Shown here in pieces: positions 1-9,547 of a DNA stretch of 50,347 bases (within the stretch, counting starts at the first letter, position 1; every line of letters begins with the position of its first letter). The notes under the pieces are model-generated. The model was not told where the DNA came from. It did not search any database and was given only the letters and a program-made list of their open reading frames with translations. Position numbers and translations under genes: made by a program. This stretch comes from Synergistaceae bacterium (GTDB taxonomy: Bacteria; Synergistota; Synergistia; Synergistales; Aminobacteriaceae): NCBI GenBank assembly GCA_017448685.1, contig JAFSKY010000124.1, positions 1 to 50,347 of the forward strand. Reading direction: 5' to 3'.

Positions 1-630
1 ACATACGGGCTTGCACCACCGCTAGCTTTCGGTGTCCCGGTGAATGTGGCCTTGCGGGCTGTGGTTGCGGGAATGTCGCCTTTGACCGTCGTTTGCGTAA
101 CCTTCACAGTATATGACTTAGTCCCGGCTGCCCCGTTCTTATCCTTGGCTTTAACGGTGAAATTGAACGTTCCAGCCTTTGACGCTGAACCCGTAATTTT
201 CCCGGTGGAGGTGTTGAGCTTCAAGCCATCGGGCAATTTCCCAGCACTTACGCTCCACACATATGGACTCGCACCTCCTGATGCTTTTGGCGTTCCTGTA
301 AATGTGGCCTTGCGGGTTGTTGTGGTAGGAATGTCGCCTTTGACCGCTGTTTGCGTAACTTTCACGGTATATGCCTTAGTTCCAGCAGCCCCGTTCTTAT
401 CCTTTGCTTTTACCGTGAAATTGAACGTCCCAGCCTTTGACGTTGACCCCGTAATTTTCCCGGTCGACGTATTGAGCTTCAAGCCATCTGGCAATTTCCC
501 TGCAGTCACGCTCCACACATACGGGCTTGCACCACCGCTAGCTTTCGGTGTCCCGGTGAATGTGGCCTTGCGGGCTGTGGTTGCGGGAATGTCGCCTTTG
601 ACCGTCGTTTGCGTTACTTTTAGCGTGAAT
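1..630 (-). repeat. Tandem 258-bp (86-codon) He_PIG repeat units within the partial gene
   Basis: nt 1-98 recur exactly at 517-614 (offset 516 = 2 x 258). The unit between them is a close variant. Confidence 0.85.
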
Positions 631-3600
631 GTCCTCGTATCCTCCCCAGCTGAGTTCACAGCCTTAATGGTGAATGAATATTCCCCAGCCTTTGACGGAA
701 TCCCGGTTATTTCGCCACTCTCAACGAACGAAAGCCCATCAGGTATTGCCCCATCCTTCAGAAGCCATGAAACACCAGCTCCCTCAGCACTAAGTTTCAC
801 TGAATATTTCTGCCGCCTTGAAACTGTAGGAAGCTCCGTATTTGTCGTAATGTCAGGAACCTCAGAGCCACCAATCTTCAGCTTGAAGCTCTGTGAACGA
901 CTCCCAGCAGTATTTGAAGCCTCAGCGTTGAACGAAAATTCCCCTTCCTCTTCTGGAACGCCTGAGATTACCCCCGATGATGAAAGCTCAAGCCCCTTCG
1001 GTAGCATTCCGCCTGAAAGTTTCCAGTATATTGGCGCAGAACCAGAAGCAATGAGTTCAGCGTGGTATTCACGTCCCTTTTTCCCGCCGTCAAGCTCTGC
1101 CGAGTCCATCCAGGGAGCCCATATGTTGTTGCCTACGTTCACGCTAATACGAGCTGTCTTTCCCGCATACTTGGCTGTCAACACCGAAGTTCCTTCGATG
1201 AGGGCATGTATGACTCCGTCATCATCCACATATGCCACAGCGTAATTTGATGAATCCCATACAGTTCCCATAGCTGTTGAGGAGACATCGAAAACTGTAC
1301 CATCTTTTGTGCGCGCATAAAGCCCTGCTACTATGTCTGAGCCTAATTCCGCAAACCTAACTCCACTGTCCCCGGCGAAATAAAGCTCCTCAACGTCTGA
1401 ATTATTCGCGGTGGCTTTTATGGCGAGGCGGGCTGTGTTGGAGATGTAAAGTTGCTCACCTTCACCGTAACTGAAGCAGTAAACTTTAGCGAAGCCAGCA
1501 TCAGTAGAAGCGAACTCAATCGATTTCGTGAAGTTCTTTCCGTCAGTGCCGTAAGCCGTGAAAATCCTATCGAGACCATCTTTCTGAATTACGATATAGA
1601 CATCCGCGCCGTTAGTTATTTTTTTGCTGGACGTGGCTTTTACCTTGAGGGTTGCATTTCCGCCCTTCACATTCAATGTTGCTGGTTCAAGCTCAATCTT
1701 GAATTTTTCCGCGTAGGCTATATCAGGGTTATATTCTCCGTCATTGCCAGCGTCAGAAGGAAGAGCAGATTTCGAGGATGGCAGCGAGGATTTTGCCGAT
1801 GATGACAGCTTGGTGAAGGTCTTGAACGCGCTTTTAGGGCCTTTCAGCTTTGAGACAACATCATTGCCTATGTCATTCTGCTTGCAGATTGCGAGGTGGT
1901 TATACTGGAAGAAGCCTGTCCTGCCTAATGAAGCTCCTGATAGATCTCCTGCGGCACTGTTCTTTGAGACGCAAAAATCATGCTCATCATTCAGGAAAAA
2001 TGCCTCATTGATGACTGTGGGAAGCTGTTCGGCGAGACTTTTCGCGATTCCTGCTGGAGATGTTGAAAGCACAAGCTGCACTGCCTGAAGTATTGACGTG
2101 AAAAGGGGGTGAACTGGCGCGGCATGTGAGAACAAAGAGAGGCTTTTGTCGGAGAGGTCAAGGTCATCCTTGAACTTGTCGAGGTAATCTATGTATTCAT
2201 TCGTGCCAGAATATTTTTCCGCGTATTTGCCGCCTGTCTTCAGGAATGTAAAGAGGTCATATGCTGCCATGAAAGTGTCAATATCTCGCTTCACTTGCCC
2301 ATATATAGAATACATAGGCACGTTCACAGGATATGCGCCGCCCGTAACAACGCTGTTGAACGCCATATCCTCCCATGCAGAGTCAGAGTTTCTTCCGCCA
2401 TTCATGAATTGCTCGACAGCCCTTTTGATTACAGGTTCAGCAATCATTAGCCAACCTGAAACGGACATGGCCAGAAAATTTATGTTCGTGTTGATTGCGC
2501 TGAAGTCTTTGCAGAAATAGCTTGCCCATGGGCTACCTTTGTTAGGCACGGCAATATCGACAATCCTCCGCACCATTCCTTGCTTGTAGGATCTGAACGT
2601 GTAATAGTTGCCATCATATGAAGCCTGCTGTGGGAGGCAGAAATATCGCGCTACAAGTCCTCCCATGCTGTAGCCGACAATATCAGCCTTTGTGCATACG
2701 ATGCCTTTCTTCCTGTACTCCTCGAAGGCAAGCACGAGCGTTGAGAATAGCCCGTTATAGTCATTCCTGAGCAACACTGAAGGGCCTTTTGTGCCGTCAT
2801 AGTTCCACCATGACACGTTGAATTTCGCGTCCTTCAGCTTACGGTAAACTCCTATGTTTTCGTTGATGCCGAATGTGCTTTCAGCGTTTGCGCCACCTGA
2901 GAAGCCATGCAGCAGCACAACGGGAGCAGCGTGAAGCTCAAGCTCTATGTCCTCCTCAATGATTTTCTCTTCATCGGGGATTTCTTCATCGGTTTCATCA
3001 GCCGTAAATTTCACGTGGACGGTGAATTTGTCCTCCGGAAAACTCCCTTTCTCCGGGAATCTCTCAGGAGCAACAATTACCGCTGAAGCCTGGTAAAATT
3101 CCGTGTTTAGCTTTGTTGCCGTTACAGTGGATGAAGCTGTTAGTTTCGTGCGATCCGTGAGCTTTTCGAGTGTTGCGCCTATATCATTCTTGAACGAGAA
3201 CGCGACATTACCCGGCCTGTTTGTCTGGACTCTAACGATGAGCCGGGAATTTCCATCAGCCGCAAAGCCCTTCATGCCGTATTGCCTATCAGAATACCCA
3301 GATATTGAGCTTTCAGTGAGAGCATTTCCGCTATAATCGAGATAATTCTTGTCATTGAGGCCGTAAATGATGTTCTGTATTGGGCCGTTACGCTCAATCA
3401 CAGCTGTGTTCATGGAGAACTTCACGACAACGCTCATCATGTCATTCTTCGGGGAATGAGTGTTGTAGCGATAATAGAATGATTGCGGGCGGTAATTGAG
3501 GAGGACTGTTTGCTTTTCGCCGTCATACCTGAGAAAGCTGTTGTTCTGTGTGAGTGAGGTTACGTCAATATTCTCAGGCTTTGAGACGAGGTCTTTCAGG

Positions 3601-4532
3601 TTGATTTCGTAGCCTTCCGCTGTGAGTTTGTATGTCAGTCCTGTGGCCCGCTGATTTTCGCAGTAAACATTCTGCAATGAGGTACATCCACTTAGGTCAA
3701 GTTCCTTCAGGGCGTTATTCTGGCAACTGAGGATCCTCAGAGCTTTGTGGTTCGTCAATTTAAGCTCGCTAATGCCTGTCTCCCTGCAATCGAGTATTTC
3801 GAGGTTCGTGTTGTTGCTGACATCGATTGCGCCAATTGGGTTATCCCAGCAATACAGCTCGCGGAGTTTGGGATTTGCGCTTGTGTTGAGCGATATGAGT
3901 TTGTTGTTGCTACAAGTCAATGTCCGTAGCTGGCCATTGTTCTGTACGTTGAGTTCCGTCAAGCCGTTATTGCTACAGTCGACAATCTCAAGATTTCTGT
4001 TGCCGCTGATATTGAGTGAGCCAAGTGGGTTACGCCAGCAGAACAGGTAACGCAATCTGGAATTTGCGGTAACATCGAGCTGTGTCAGATTGTTGTTGCT
4101 GCACACAAGAGATTGTAATGCGCCGTTGCTACGTACATTGAGACTCGTTATCTTGTTGCCATCGACATCAATCGATATAAGCCGAGTATTTGCGCTTCCG
4201 TTAAATTCCGTCAAGTTGTTGTGCAGGGCGTAAAGTGAGGTCAGCATTGGGAAAAATTCCAGCCCCTTGAACGATGAGACTCCGTTAGTGATGAACCTCT
4301 CAATCTGGTTGGTTTCCTCAGCGGCTAAAATTCCGTCATTATCGCCGATTATGTGCCTATAGCCGTCAGAGTCCATCACTTCCCATCCTGTATCACATTG
4401 TGAGGCATACGCTCGAAAAACGGAATCCGGGAAATTGCCCTCGTTTATCTTCACGTCTCCCCATGCCACAGAAACGAGCAACACGCAAAGCAAGCCGCAT
4501 ATGAATACGACAAAACGAGCTGTCTTTTTCAC
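1..4532 (-). CDS. Giant secreted LRR + lipase-like alpha/beta-hydrolase + He_PIG (putative Ig) repeat protein. The C-terminal end runs off the window. Paralog of 4660..9012.
   Basis: Absent from the ORF track because no stop lies in the window. Hand reverse-translation from GTG 4532 (AGGAGG 8 nt upstream) gives the signal peptide VKKTARFVVFICGLLCVLLVSVAWG. It continues with GWEVMDSDGYRHIIGDNDGIL and LRR units. At 2641-2700, in frame, it reads VCTKADIVGYSMGGLVARYF (GxSxG elbow). All of this is colinear with the 1450-aa neighbour. The plus-strand ORFs 40..1245 and others here are antisense shadows. Confidence 0.8.
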   Translation of the reverse strand, partial: MKKTARFVVFICGLLCVLLVSVAWGDVKINEGNFPDSVFRAYASQCDTGWEVMDSDGYRHIIGDNDGILAAEETNQIERFITNGVSSFKGLEFFPMLTSLYALHNNLTEFNGSANTRLISIDVDGNKITSLNVRSNGALQSLVCSNNNLTQLDVTANSRLRYLFCWRNPLGSLNISGNRNLEIVDCSNNGLTELNVQNNGQLRTLTCSNNKLISLNTSANPKLRELYCWDNPIGAIDVSNNTNLEILDCRETGISELKLTNHKALRILSCQNNALKELDLSGCTSLQNVYCENQRATGLTYKLTAEGYEINLKDLVSKPENIDVTSLTQNNSFLRYDGEKQTVLLNYRPQSFYYRYNTHSPKNDMMSVVVKFSMNTAVIERNGPIQNIIYGLNDKNYLDYSGNALTESSISGYSDRQYGMKGFAADGNSRLIVRVQTNRPGNVAFSFKNDIGATLEKLTDRTKLTASSTVTATKLNTEFYQASAVIVAPERFPEKGSFPEDKFTVHVKFTADETDEEIPDEEKIIEEDIELELHAAPVVLLHGFSGGANAESTFGINENIGVYRKLKDAKFNVSWWNYDGTKGPSVLLRNDYNGLFSTLVLAFEEYRKKGIVCTKADIVGYSMGGLVARYFCLPQQASYDGNYYTFRSYKQGMVRRIVDIAVPNKGSPWASYFCKDFSAINTNINFLAMSVSGWLMIAEPVIKRAVEQFMNGGRNSDSAWEDMAFNSVVTGGAYPVNVPMYSIYGQVKRDIDTFMAAYDLFTFLKTGGKYAEKYSGTNEYIDYLDKFKDDLDLSDKSLSLFSHAAPVHPLFTSILQAVQLVLSTSPAGIAKSLAEQLPTVINEAFFLNDEHDFCVSKNSAAGDLSGASLGRTGFFQYNHLAICKQNDIGNDVVSKLKGPKSAFKTFTKLSSSAKSSLPSSKSALPSDAGNDGEYNPDIAYAEKFKIELEPATLNVKGGNATLKVKATSSKKITNGADVYIVIQKDGLDRIFTAYGTDGKNFTKSIEFASTDAGFAKVYCFSYGEGEQLYISNTARLAIKATANNSDVEELYFAGDSGVRFAELGSDIVAGLYARTKDGTVFDVSSTAMGTVWDSSNYAVAYVDDDGVIHALIEGTSVLTAKYAGKTARISVNVGNNIWAPWMDSAELDGGKKGREYHAELIASGSAPIYWKLSGGMLPKGLELSSSGVISGVPEEEGEFSFNAEASNTAGSRSQSFKLKIGGSEVPDITTNTELPTVSRRQKYSVKLSAEGAGVSWLLKDGAIPDGLSFVESGEITGIPSKAGEYSFTIKAVNSAGEDTRTFTLKVTQTTVKGDIPATTARKATFTGTPKASGGASPYVWSVTAGKLPDGLKLNTSTGKITGSTSKAGTFNFTVKAKDKNGAAGTKAYTVKVTQTAVKGDIPTTTTRKATFTGTPKASGGASPYVWSVSAGKLPDGLKLNTSTGKITGSASKAGTFNFTVKAKDKNGAAGTKSYTVKVTQTTVKGDIPATTARKATFTGTPKASGGASPY

Positions 4533-4581
4533 AGCTAATTCCTCCTTTTGAATATGTATTGACGGGGTATGAAGTTGAATG

Positions 4582-4590
4582 ATTATAGCA
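4582..4590 (-). promoter_or_regulatory. Extended -10 (TGCTATAAT) for the partial surface-protein gene
   Basis: The minus strand reads ttcTGCTATAATcat about 50 nt upstream of GTG 4532. The same motif precedes the paralog at 9061-9069. Confidence 0.5.
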
Positions 4591-4614
4591 GAATTTGAGC
4601 GCATAAAAATTCCC

Positions 4615-4648
4615 CCTCGGCCATGACAACCAAGGGGGAATGCGTCTG
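4615..4648 (-). terminator. Intrinsic terminator after 4660..9012
   Basis: On the minus strand a CCCCC...GGGGG hairpin is followed by a T-run. Confidence 0.6.
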
Positions 4649-4659
4649 ATTACCGTGAA

Positions 4660-7600
4660 TTATTCGGAGATGATGTAGAGTTCCTGTGATTCTGTTTCGC
4701 CGTTGGAGGACTTGACACGCACCCGGAAATCGCCACTCGCAATTCCGGCAGGAAGTGTGAACTGGCCTTCCTCTGACACTGTAACGCCGTCTATATGTTC
4801 ATCATTGACATGCACGGCCAAATTTGAAGCGTCAACCTCCCATCCACCTGTGAAGAATCTCAGAGGCAATCCAGCATTCACCCTCACAATATCGCTGTCA
4901 GCACCATCAAATGATTCGAGTATGTCAGAGCTTGCGACATAGAGATACGGCGCAGGAATGGAACTCGTAACGCCTGCTGATTCTGTTAGGGGTTGAGGGT
5001 TCATGGCCGGGAGTGAGTATGTGTTGTTATGTGTTTGCGTTGTGGGTGTGGAGTCGGGCTTGGTTTCAGTGGTGGAATTTTTAGCGACTGTTGCTGAAAC
5101 TTTCACGGTGAATGATTTTGTCCCGGCAGCACCGTTTTTGTCCTTTGCCTTAATGGTGAAGGTGAATGTCCCGGCCTTAGTTGTTGTGCCTGTAATTTTT
5201 CCCGTTGAGGCGTTAATCTTGAGGCCATTGGGTAATTTCCCTGAGCTTACTGACCACGCATAGGGAGATGTCCCCCCGGAGGCTTTGGGGGTTGCGGTGA
5301 ATGAGCTACCTTTTGTGGTGTTGCTGAAAGTCCCTGTTACTTTGGTTTGTGTAACCTTGACGGTATAAGCCTTTGTGGAAGCTGCGCCGTTTTTGTCCTT
5401 AGCTTTCACGGTGAATTTAAATGTGCCTGCTTTACTGGGATTGCCCGTGATTTTTCCCGTTGACGCATTAATCTTGAGGCCATCGGGTAACTTGCCTGCG
5501 CTGATTGTCCACACATACGGACTCGCCCCGCCTGATACTTTCGGCAACCCAGCGTATGATGCCCTGCGAGTCGTTGACGCTGGAATGTTGCCTGTTAGAG
5601 TGGTCTGCGTAACCTTGACGGTATATGCCTTTGAGGATGCCGCCCCGTTTTTGTCCTTTGCTTTGACGGTGAATTTGAACGTTCCTGCCTTCGTGGGATT
5701 GCCCGTGATTTTTCCCGTTGACGCATTAATCTTGAGGCCATCAGGTAACTTGCCTGTGCTGATTGTCCACACGTAAGGGCTTGCCCCGCCCGTAACTTTT
5801 GGAGTCCCCGTATATGTTGCCCGGCGTGTAGTTGACGCTGGAATGTCGCCCGTGAGTGTTGTCTGCGTAACCTTTACCGTGTAATCTTTCGTTGATGCCG
5901 CACCGTTTTTATCCTTGGCTTTGACGGTAAATTTGAATGTGCCTGCTTTGGTGGGATTGCCTGTGATTTTGCCTGTTGACGCATTAATCTTGAGGCCATC
6001 GGGTAACTTGCCTGCGCTGATTGTCCACACGTAAGGGCTTGCCCCGCCCGTAACTTTTGGAGTCCCCGTATATGTTGCCCGGCGAGTCGTTGACGCTGGA
6101 ATATCTCCCGTTAGTGTTGTTTGCGTTACCTGCAACGTAAATTCCCTCGCATCATATCCCCCGTCATTTTCGGCCAGCAACGTAAATTTATACGTCCCGG
6201 CCACTGTTGGAGTCCCCGTGATTTTCCCGGTAGAGGCATTAAGGGAGAGTCCTACGGGCAATTCTCCATTCACGATGCTCCATGACGTTACAGCACCATC
6301 AGCTTTGAGCGCGACTGAATACGATTTGCGCCTTGATACTGTTGGGAGGTTAGCGGCTGTTGTGATTTTGGGGGATGAGGAATTTGTGTCCTCAAGCGAA
6401 AACATATTGACAGTGTTTGAAACGTAAAGACTCTCGCTGTTATTCGGATTGCGCGAGAAGCAGAAAACATTGAACGTTCCTCTGTCCTGAGCTGTGAAAG
6501 TTACCTCCGCACTGAAATTCTTTCCTTTCCCGTCAGTATCAGGAATCATGAACAGCCTGTAGTCTTTTCCGTCTCCTATAGCACAATATACATCAGAGAC
6601 CGGGCTACCTGCATTTAGCGTGAATTTTGCTGTCTTTGTCTCTACGTCCGACACCATGAAAACAGCAGGCTGAACATTAAGCCTCATGTCCTCGATAAGC
6701 TGCAATTCCTCGTCTACGTTTGAGTTGGTGATAGTCCCTTTTTGGGAAGGAATAGCGGATTTTGTCCCTGCTCCGAACGTCTTGAACATATTTACAGAGC
6801 CTTTGAGCAGGCTGACTACCTTATTGCCCGTAATATCTTGATGGCAATTATTAGTGTGCATATAGTCCCAGCCTTTATAGCCGGTCTCATAGCCTATGAA
6901 ATCACTAATTGCGCTGGAAATTGATACAACTATGTCATGTCCTTCCCCGTGAAACATGCCCTCATTAACGAAAACGGCTATTGATGTACCAGCAGCAGCA
7001 CCAGCAGCAATAGCAGGAAGCATCAAAACTGGGAACTTAGGCAACTTTTGCACTACGAATTTTCCCGCTCCCACTGCCCCTAATAAGGCTAATTGTGCTG
7101 TCAGTCCTTCGGATATATCCCCGTATATTGAGTACATTGGGACATCAGCCGGGAAACCGTAATCCCTTGGAGCGGACACTCTCAAATCGATGAATGCGCT
7201 TGTACAGTCTTTGCCGAAAACTTTTCCTGCTAGCTTAGGGTGCGCAAGTGCAAATTCAGCAAACGGGCTTCCTCTGTGAGGAGTCGCAACAGTAACAACC
7301 CTTCTCACCATACCTTGCTTATATGAGAGTACAGACCAGTTATTGCCATCTCCGACATCTTTAGCAGCCTCATTAAGATATTTCCGCGCCATTAGTCCGC
7401 CCATGCTATGACAGACAAAATCAGCCCTCGTGCAGACAATTCCGCGCTCAGCATAATTGGTGAACACATTTTTCAGTGCTGTGTAAAGACCATTTTCGTC
7501 GCCCAACCCCGCAAGTATGTCTTCAGGGCCTTTTGTTCCGTCATAATCCCAGTGGTATACGTCAAATCCGGCTTTCGTGAGGCAGTGCCATATCCCGGAA

Positions 7601-9012
7601 TTTTCGCCTATGCCGAATGTGTCTTTTCCTTTAGCGTTCAGACCATGAATCAGCATTACGGGAGCAGCCTCGATTTTCAGCTCTAAGTCATCCTCTGTGA
7701 TTTCGCCGTCCTCATCCGTTAATTTCACATGAACTTTGAACGTATCAGACGGAAAATTTTTGTCCTCTGGGAATCTTTCAGGCGCAACAAGTACAGCTGA
7801 CACCTGATGTGTTTCAAACAGCCAATCTGAGAATTGTGTTGTGCTGAGCTGGTCTGAAGGTGATAGCTCCCCACGTGAAAGCGATTCGATTTTTGCGCCA
7901 ATGTCCTTATTGAAACTGAATGACACAGTTCCGGGCTTGTCGGTCTTAACACGAAGAATTAGGCGGGAATTTCCGTCAGCTGTGAGTCCTATTTTGCCGT
8001 AATCGCTGTAGCTTAAGTCGCTTATGTATGACTCGGTGAGCTGGTCGCTGTAGTGCAGGTAGCCGTTCTCTGTTATGTCGTGGATTATGCCGTATATGTT
8101 AGAGCCTTCGCGTTCAATGGCATTAACGCTTATGGCATTGGTTAACCTAACAGGCATGAAGATGTCGCCATCTGAGCGCGTCAAATGAGTATTGTACCCA
8201 TATTTTAGTGATTCAATCGACCCATTGAATACAGCAATTCCAGTTCCTTTATTGTAGGAAAGCAACTGAGGGTTATCTATGTACGTGATATTCTCAAGGT
8301 TAGGAACATAATCTTTCATGTTGACTTCGTAATGACCCTCTGAATTTCTCTTCAGCTTCAGCCCCCTAACTTTTTGCCATAAATTACCGTTGGTGTCGCT
8401 AAAGCTGAGGGCTTTGTTTTGACTCAAATCAAGTTGGGTCATCTGGTTAGCAGCACATTGCAAGTACTCTAAAGCATTACAACCACTCAAATCAAGCTCC
8501 GTAATCGAGTTATTGAAACAGTCAAGAGTCTTTAGGGCAGTACATCCACTCACATTAAGTTTTTCCAGATGACAGCCATTAAATCGCAAAGTTTCGAGGG
8601 CAGTACATCCACTGACGTTAAGACTCTTCAGACTGTCGTTGTTATAGCCCACAATACGAGTCAGCTTAGGATTGTTGCTTGCGTCAATCGCAGTAAGATC
8701 CGAACCACTGCAATCCCAAGCGAGATATGTCAGAGTGGTCAAAAGCTCTGTACCTTTTATTGATTTCACGTTGCTTCCGAGATAAAGACTCTTTACCTGC
8801 GTTAATTCTATGTCGCTCAGTATACCGTCATTATCGCCAATCCTATGAGCGTAGCCATCTGAATCGTACACAATCCACCCAGAATCATAACCACTCATAA
8901 TTCCGCGCAATCCAAGATCAGGGAATACACTCAACGAAATGCTTCCCCATGACCGCCCCGCCATTAGCCCGACAACGCATAAGCATACGACAAAACAAGC
9001 CGCCTTCTTCAT
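4660..9012 (-). CDS. Giant secreted LRR + lipase-like alpha/beta-hydrolase + 5x He_PIG repeat protein (1450 aa)
   Basis: ATG follows AAAGGAGG. The signal peptide is MKKAACFVVCLCVVGLMAGRSWG. LRR units include LNVSGCTALETL, LNVSGCTALKTLDC and LDLSGCNALEYLQC. Hydrolase motifs are VMLIHGLNAKG and FVCHSMGGLMARKYL. Five units match the He_PIG pattern (Y.G.P...GGASPY.W....G.LP.GL.....TG.I.G.P...G...F). A T/P-rich linker and a ~100-aa C-terminal domain follow. Confidence 0.85.
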   Translation of the reverse strand: MKKAACFVVCLCVVGLMAGRSWGSISLSVFPDLGLRGIMSGYDSGWIVYDSDGYAHRIGDNDGILSDIELTQVKSLYLGSNVKSIKGTELLTTLTYLAWDCSGSDLTAIDASNNPKLTRIVGYNNDSLKSLNVSGCTALETLRFNGCHLEKLNVSGCTALKTLDCFNNSITELDLSGCNALEYLQCAANQMTQLDLSQNKALSFSDTNGNLWQKVRGLKLKRNSEGHYEVNMKDYVPNLENITYIDNPQLLSYNKGTGIAVFNGSIESLKYGYNTHLTRSDGDIFMPVRLTNAISVNAIEREGSNIYGIIHDITENGYLHYSDQLTESYISDLSYSDYGKIGLTADGNSRLILRVKTDKPGTVSFSFNKDIGAKIESLSRGELSPSDQLSTTQFSDWLFETHQVSAVLVAPERFPEDKNFPSDTFKVHVKLTDEDGEITEDDLELKIEAAPVMLIHGLNAKGKDTFGIGENSGIWHCLTKAGFDVYHWDYDGTKGPEDILAGLGDENGLYTALKNVFTNYAERGIVCTRADFVCHSMGGLMARKYLNEAAKDVGDGNNWSVLSYKQGMVRRVVTVATPHRGSPFAEFALAHPKLAGKVFGKDCTSAFIDLRVSAPRDYGFPADVPMYSIYGDISEGLTAQLALLGAVGAGKFVVQKLPKFPVLMLPAIAAGAAAGTSIAVFVNEGMFHGEGHDIVVSISSAISDFIGYETGYKGWDYMHTNNCHQDITGNKVVSLLKGSVNMFKTFGAGTKSAIPSQKGTITNSNVDEELQLIEDMRLNVQPAVFMVSDVETKTAKFTLNAGSPVSDVYCAIGDGKDYRLFMIPDTDGKGKNFSAEVTFTAQDRGTFNVFCFSRNPNNSESLYVSNTVNMFSLEDTNSSSPKITTAANLPTVSRRKSYSVALKADGAVTSWSIVNGELPVGLSLNASTGKITGTPTVAGTYKFTLLAENDGGYDAREFTLQVTQTTLTGDIPASTTRRATYTGTPKVTGGASPYVWTISAGKLPDGLKINASTGKITGNPTKAGTFKFTVKAKDKNGAASTKDYTVKVTQTTLTGDIPASTTRRATYTGTPKVTGGASPYVWTISTGKLPDGLKINASTGKITGNPTKAGTFKFTVKAKDKNGAASSKAYTVKVTQTTLTGNIPASTTRRASYAGLPKVSGGASPYVWTISAGKLPDGLKINASTGKITGNPSKAGTFKFTVKAKDKNGAASTKAYTVKVTQTKVTGTFSNTTKGSSFTATPKASGGTSPYAWSVSSGKLPNGLKINASTGKITGTTTKAGTFTFTIKAKDKNGAAGTKSFTVKVSATVAKNSTTETKPDSTPTTQTHNNTYSLPAMNPQPLTESAGVTSSIPAPYLYVASSDILESFDGADSDIVRVNAGLPLRFFTGGWEVDASNLAVHVNDEHIDGVTVSEEGQFTLPAGIASGDFRVRVKSSNGETESQELYIISE
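5344..6117 (-). repeat. Three near-identical 258-bp tandem repeats (core of a five-unit He_PIG array, ~5090-6375)
   Basis: Unit boundaries fall at 5344, 5602, 5860/5861 and 6119 (exact 258 period). Long stretches are identical between units. Confidence 0.9.
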
Positions 9013-9060
9013 GGCTGACTCCTCCTTTAATGTGTGTGTGTTGGGATATGAAGTGCGATG

Positions 9061-9069
9061 ATTATAGCA
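9061..9069 (-). promoter_or_regulatory. Extended -10 (TGCTATAAT) for 4660..9012
   Basis: The minus strand reads ctcTGCTATAATcat, 50 nt upstream of the ATG and downstream of the rpsI terminator. Confidence 0.5.
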
Positions 9070-9084
9070 GAGTTATACGCGGGC

Positions 9085-9115
9085 AAAAAAAATTCCCCCG
9101 CCGTAATGACAGGGG
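9085..9115 (-). terminator. Intrinsic terminator after rpsI
   Basis: The minus strand has hairpin cccctgtcattacggcggggg followed by aaTTTTTTTT. Confidence 0.75.
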
Positions 9116-9136
9116 AAAATCTCTCTTCCTTCGTGA

Positions 9137-9532
9137 TTAACGCTTCGAGTACTGCCTCTTTCCTCTTGCGCCTTTTTGGCCGAACTTCTTGCGCTCAACC
9201 ATTCTCGGATCTCTGGTGAGAAGTCCTTCCTTCTTGAGGGCTGGACGGTAATCGGGATTGAGTTTCGTCAGGGCTCTTGCGATTCCCATTCTGACAGCTC
9301 CTGCCTGACCTGTGAGTCCTCCGCCTGAAGCGTTCACGAACACGTCAACGCGCCCTTCAACGCCTGCCGTTTTCAGCGACTGGTAGACCTGAGTCTGCCA
9401 CACAAGGCGCGGGAAATACTCTTCAACCTCGCGGCCATTGATTTTGATTTCGCCCGTCCCTGAGCAGATTCTCACGCGGGCAAGAGCGTTCTTCCTGCGT
9501 CCTGTTCCCCATATGTATTTGTCTTCTGCCAT
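9137..9532 (-). CDS. rpsI: 30S ribosomal protein S9
   Basis: 131 aa ending GARGKRQYSKR, with GGGLTGQAGA, directly downstream of rplM. Confidence 0.95.
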   Translation of the reverse strand: MAEDKYIWGTGRRKNALARVRICSGTGEIKINGREVEEYFPRLVWQTQVYQSLKTAGVEGRVDVFVNASGGGLTGQAGAVRMGIARALTKLNPDYRPALKKEGLLTRDPRMVERKKFGQKGARGKRQYSKR

Positions 9533-9547
9533 GATGAATTTTCCTCC

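Noticed and set aside
40-4050. Plus-strand ORFs 40..1245, 1452..1802, 1744..2088, 2191..2520, 3103..3336 and 3745..4050, and the analogous ones at 4703..8763
   Set aside because: They lie antisense to the two giant minus-strand genes. Their repetitive, low-complexity translations mirror the He_PIG/LRR repeats, and they lack RBSs. They are shadow ORFs.
9031-9040. (TG)5 dinucleotide run between the promoter and RBS of the 1450-aa gene
   Set aside because: It is too short to argue for slipped-strand regulation. I noted only that the paralog's leader lacks it.
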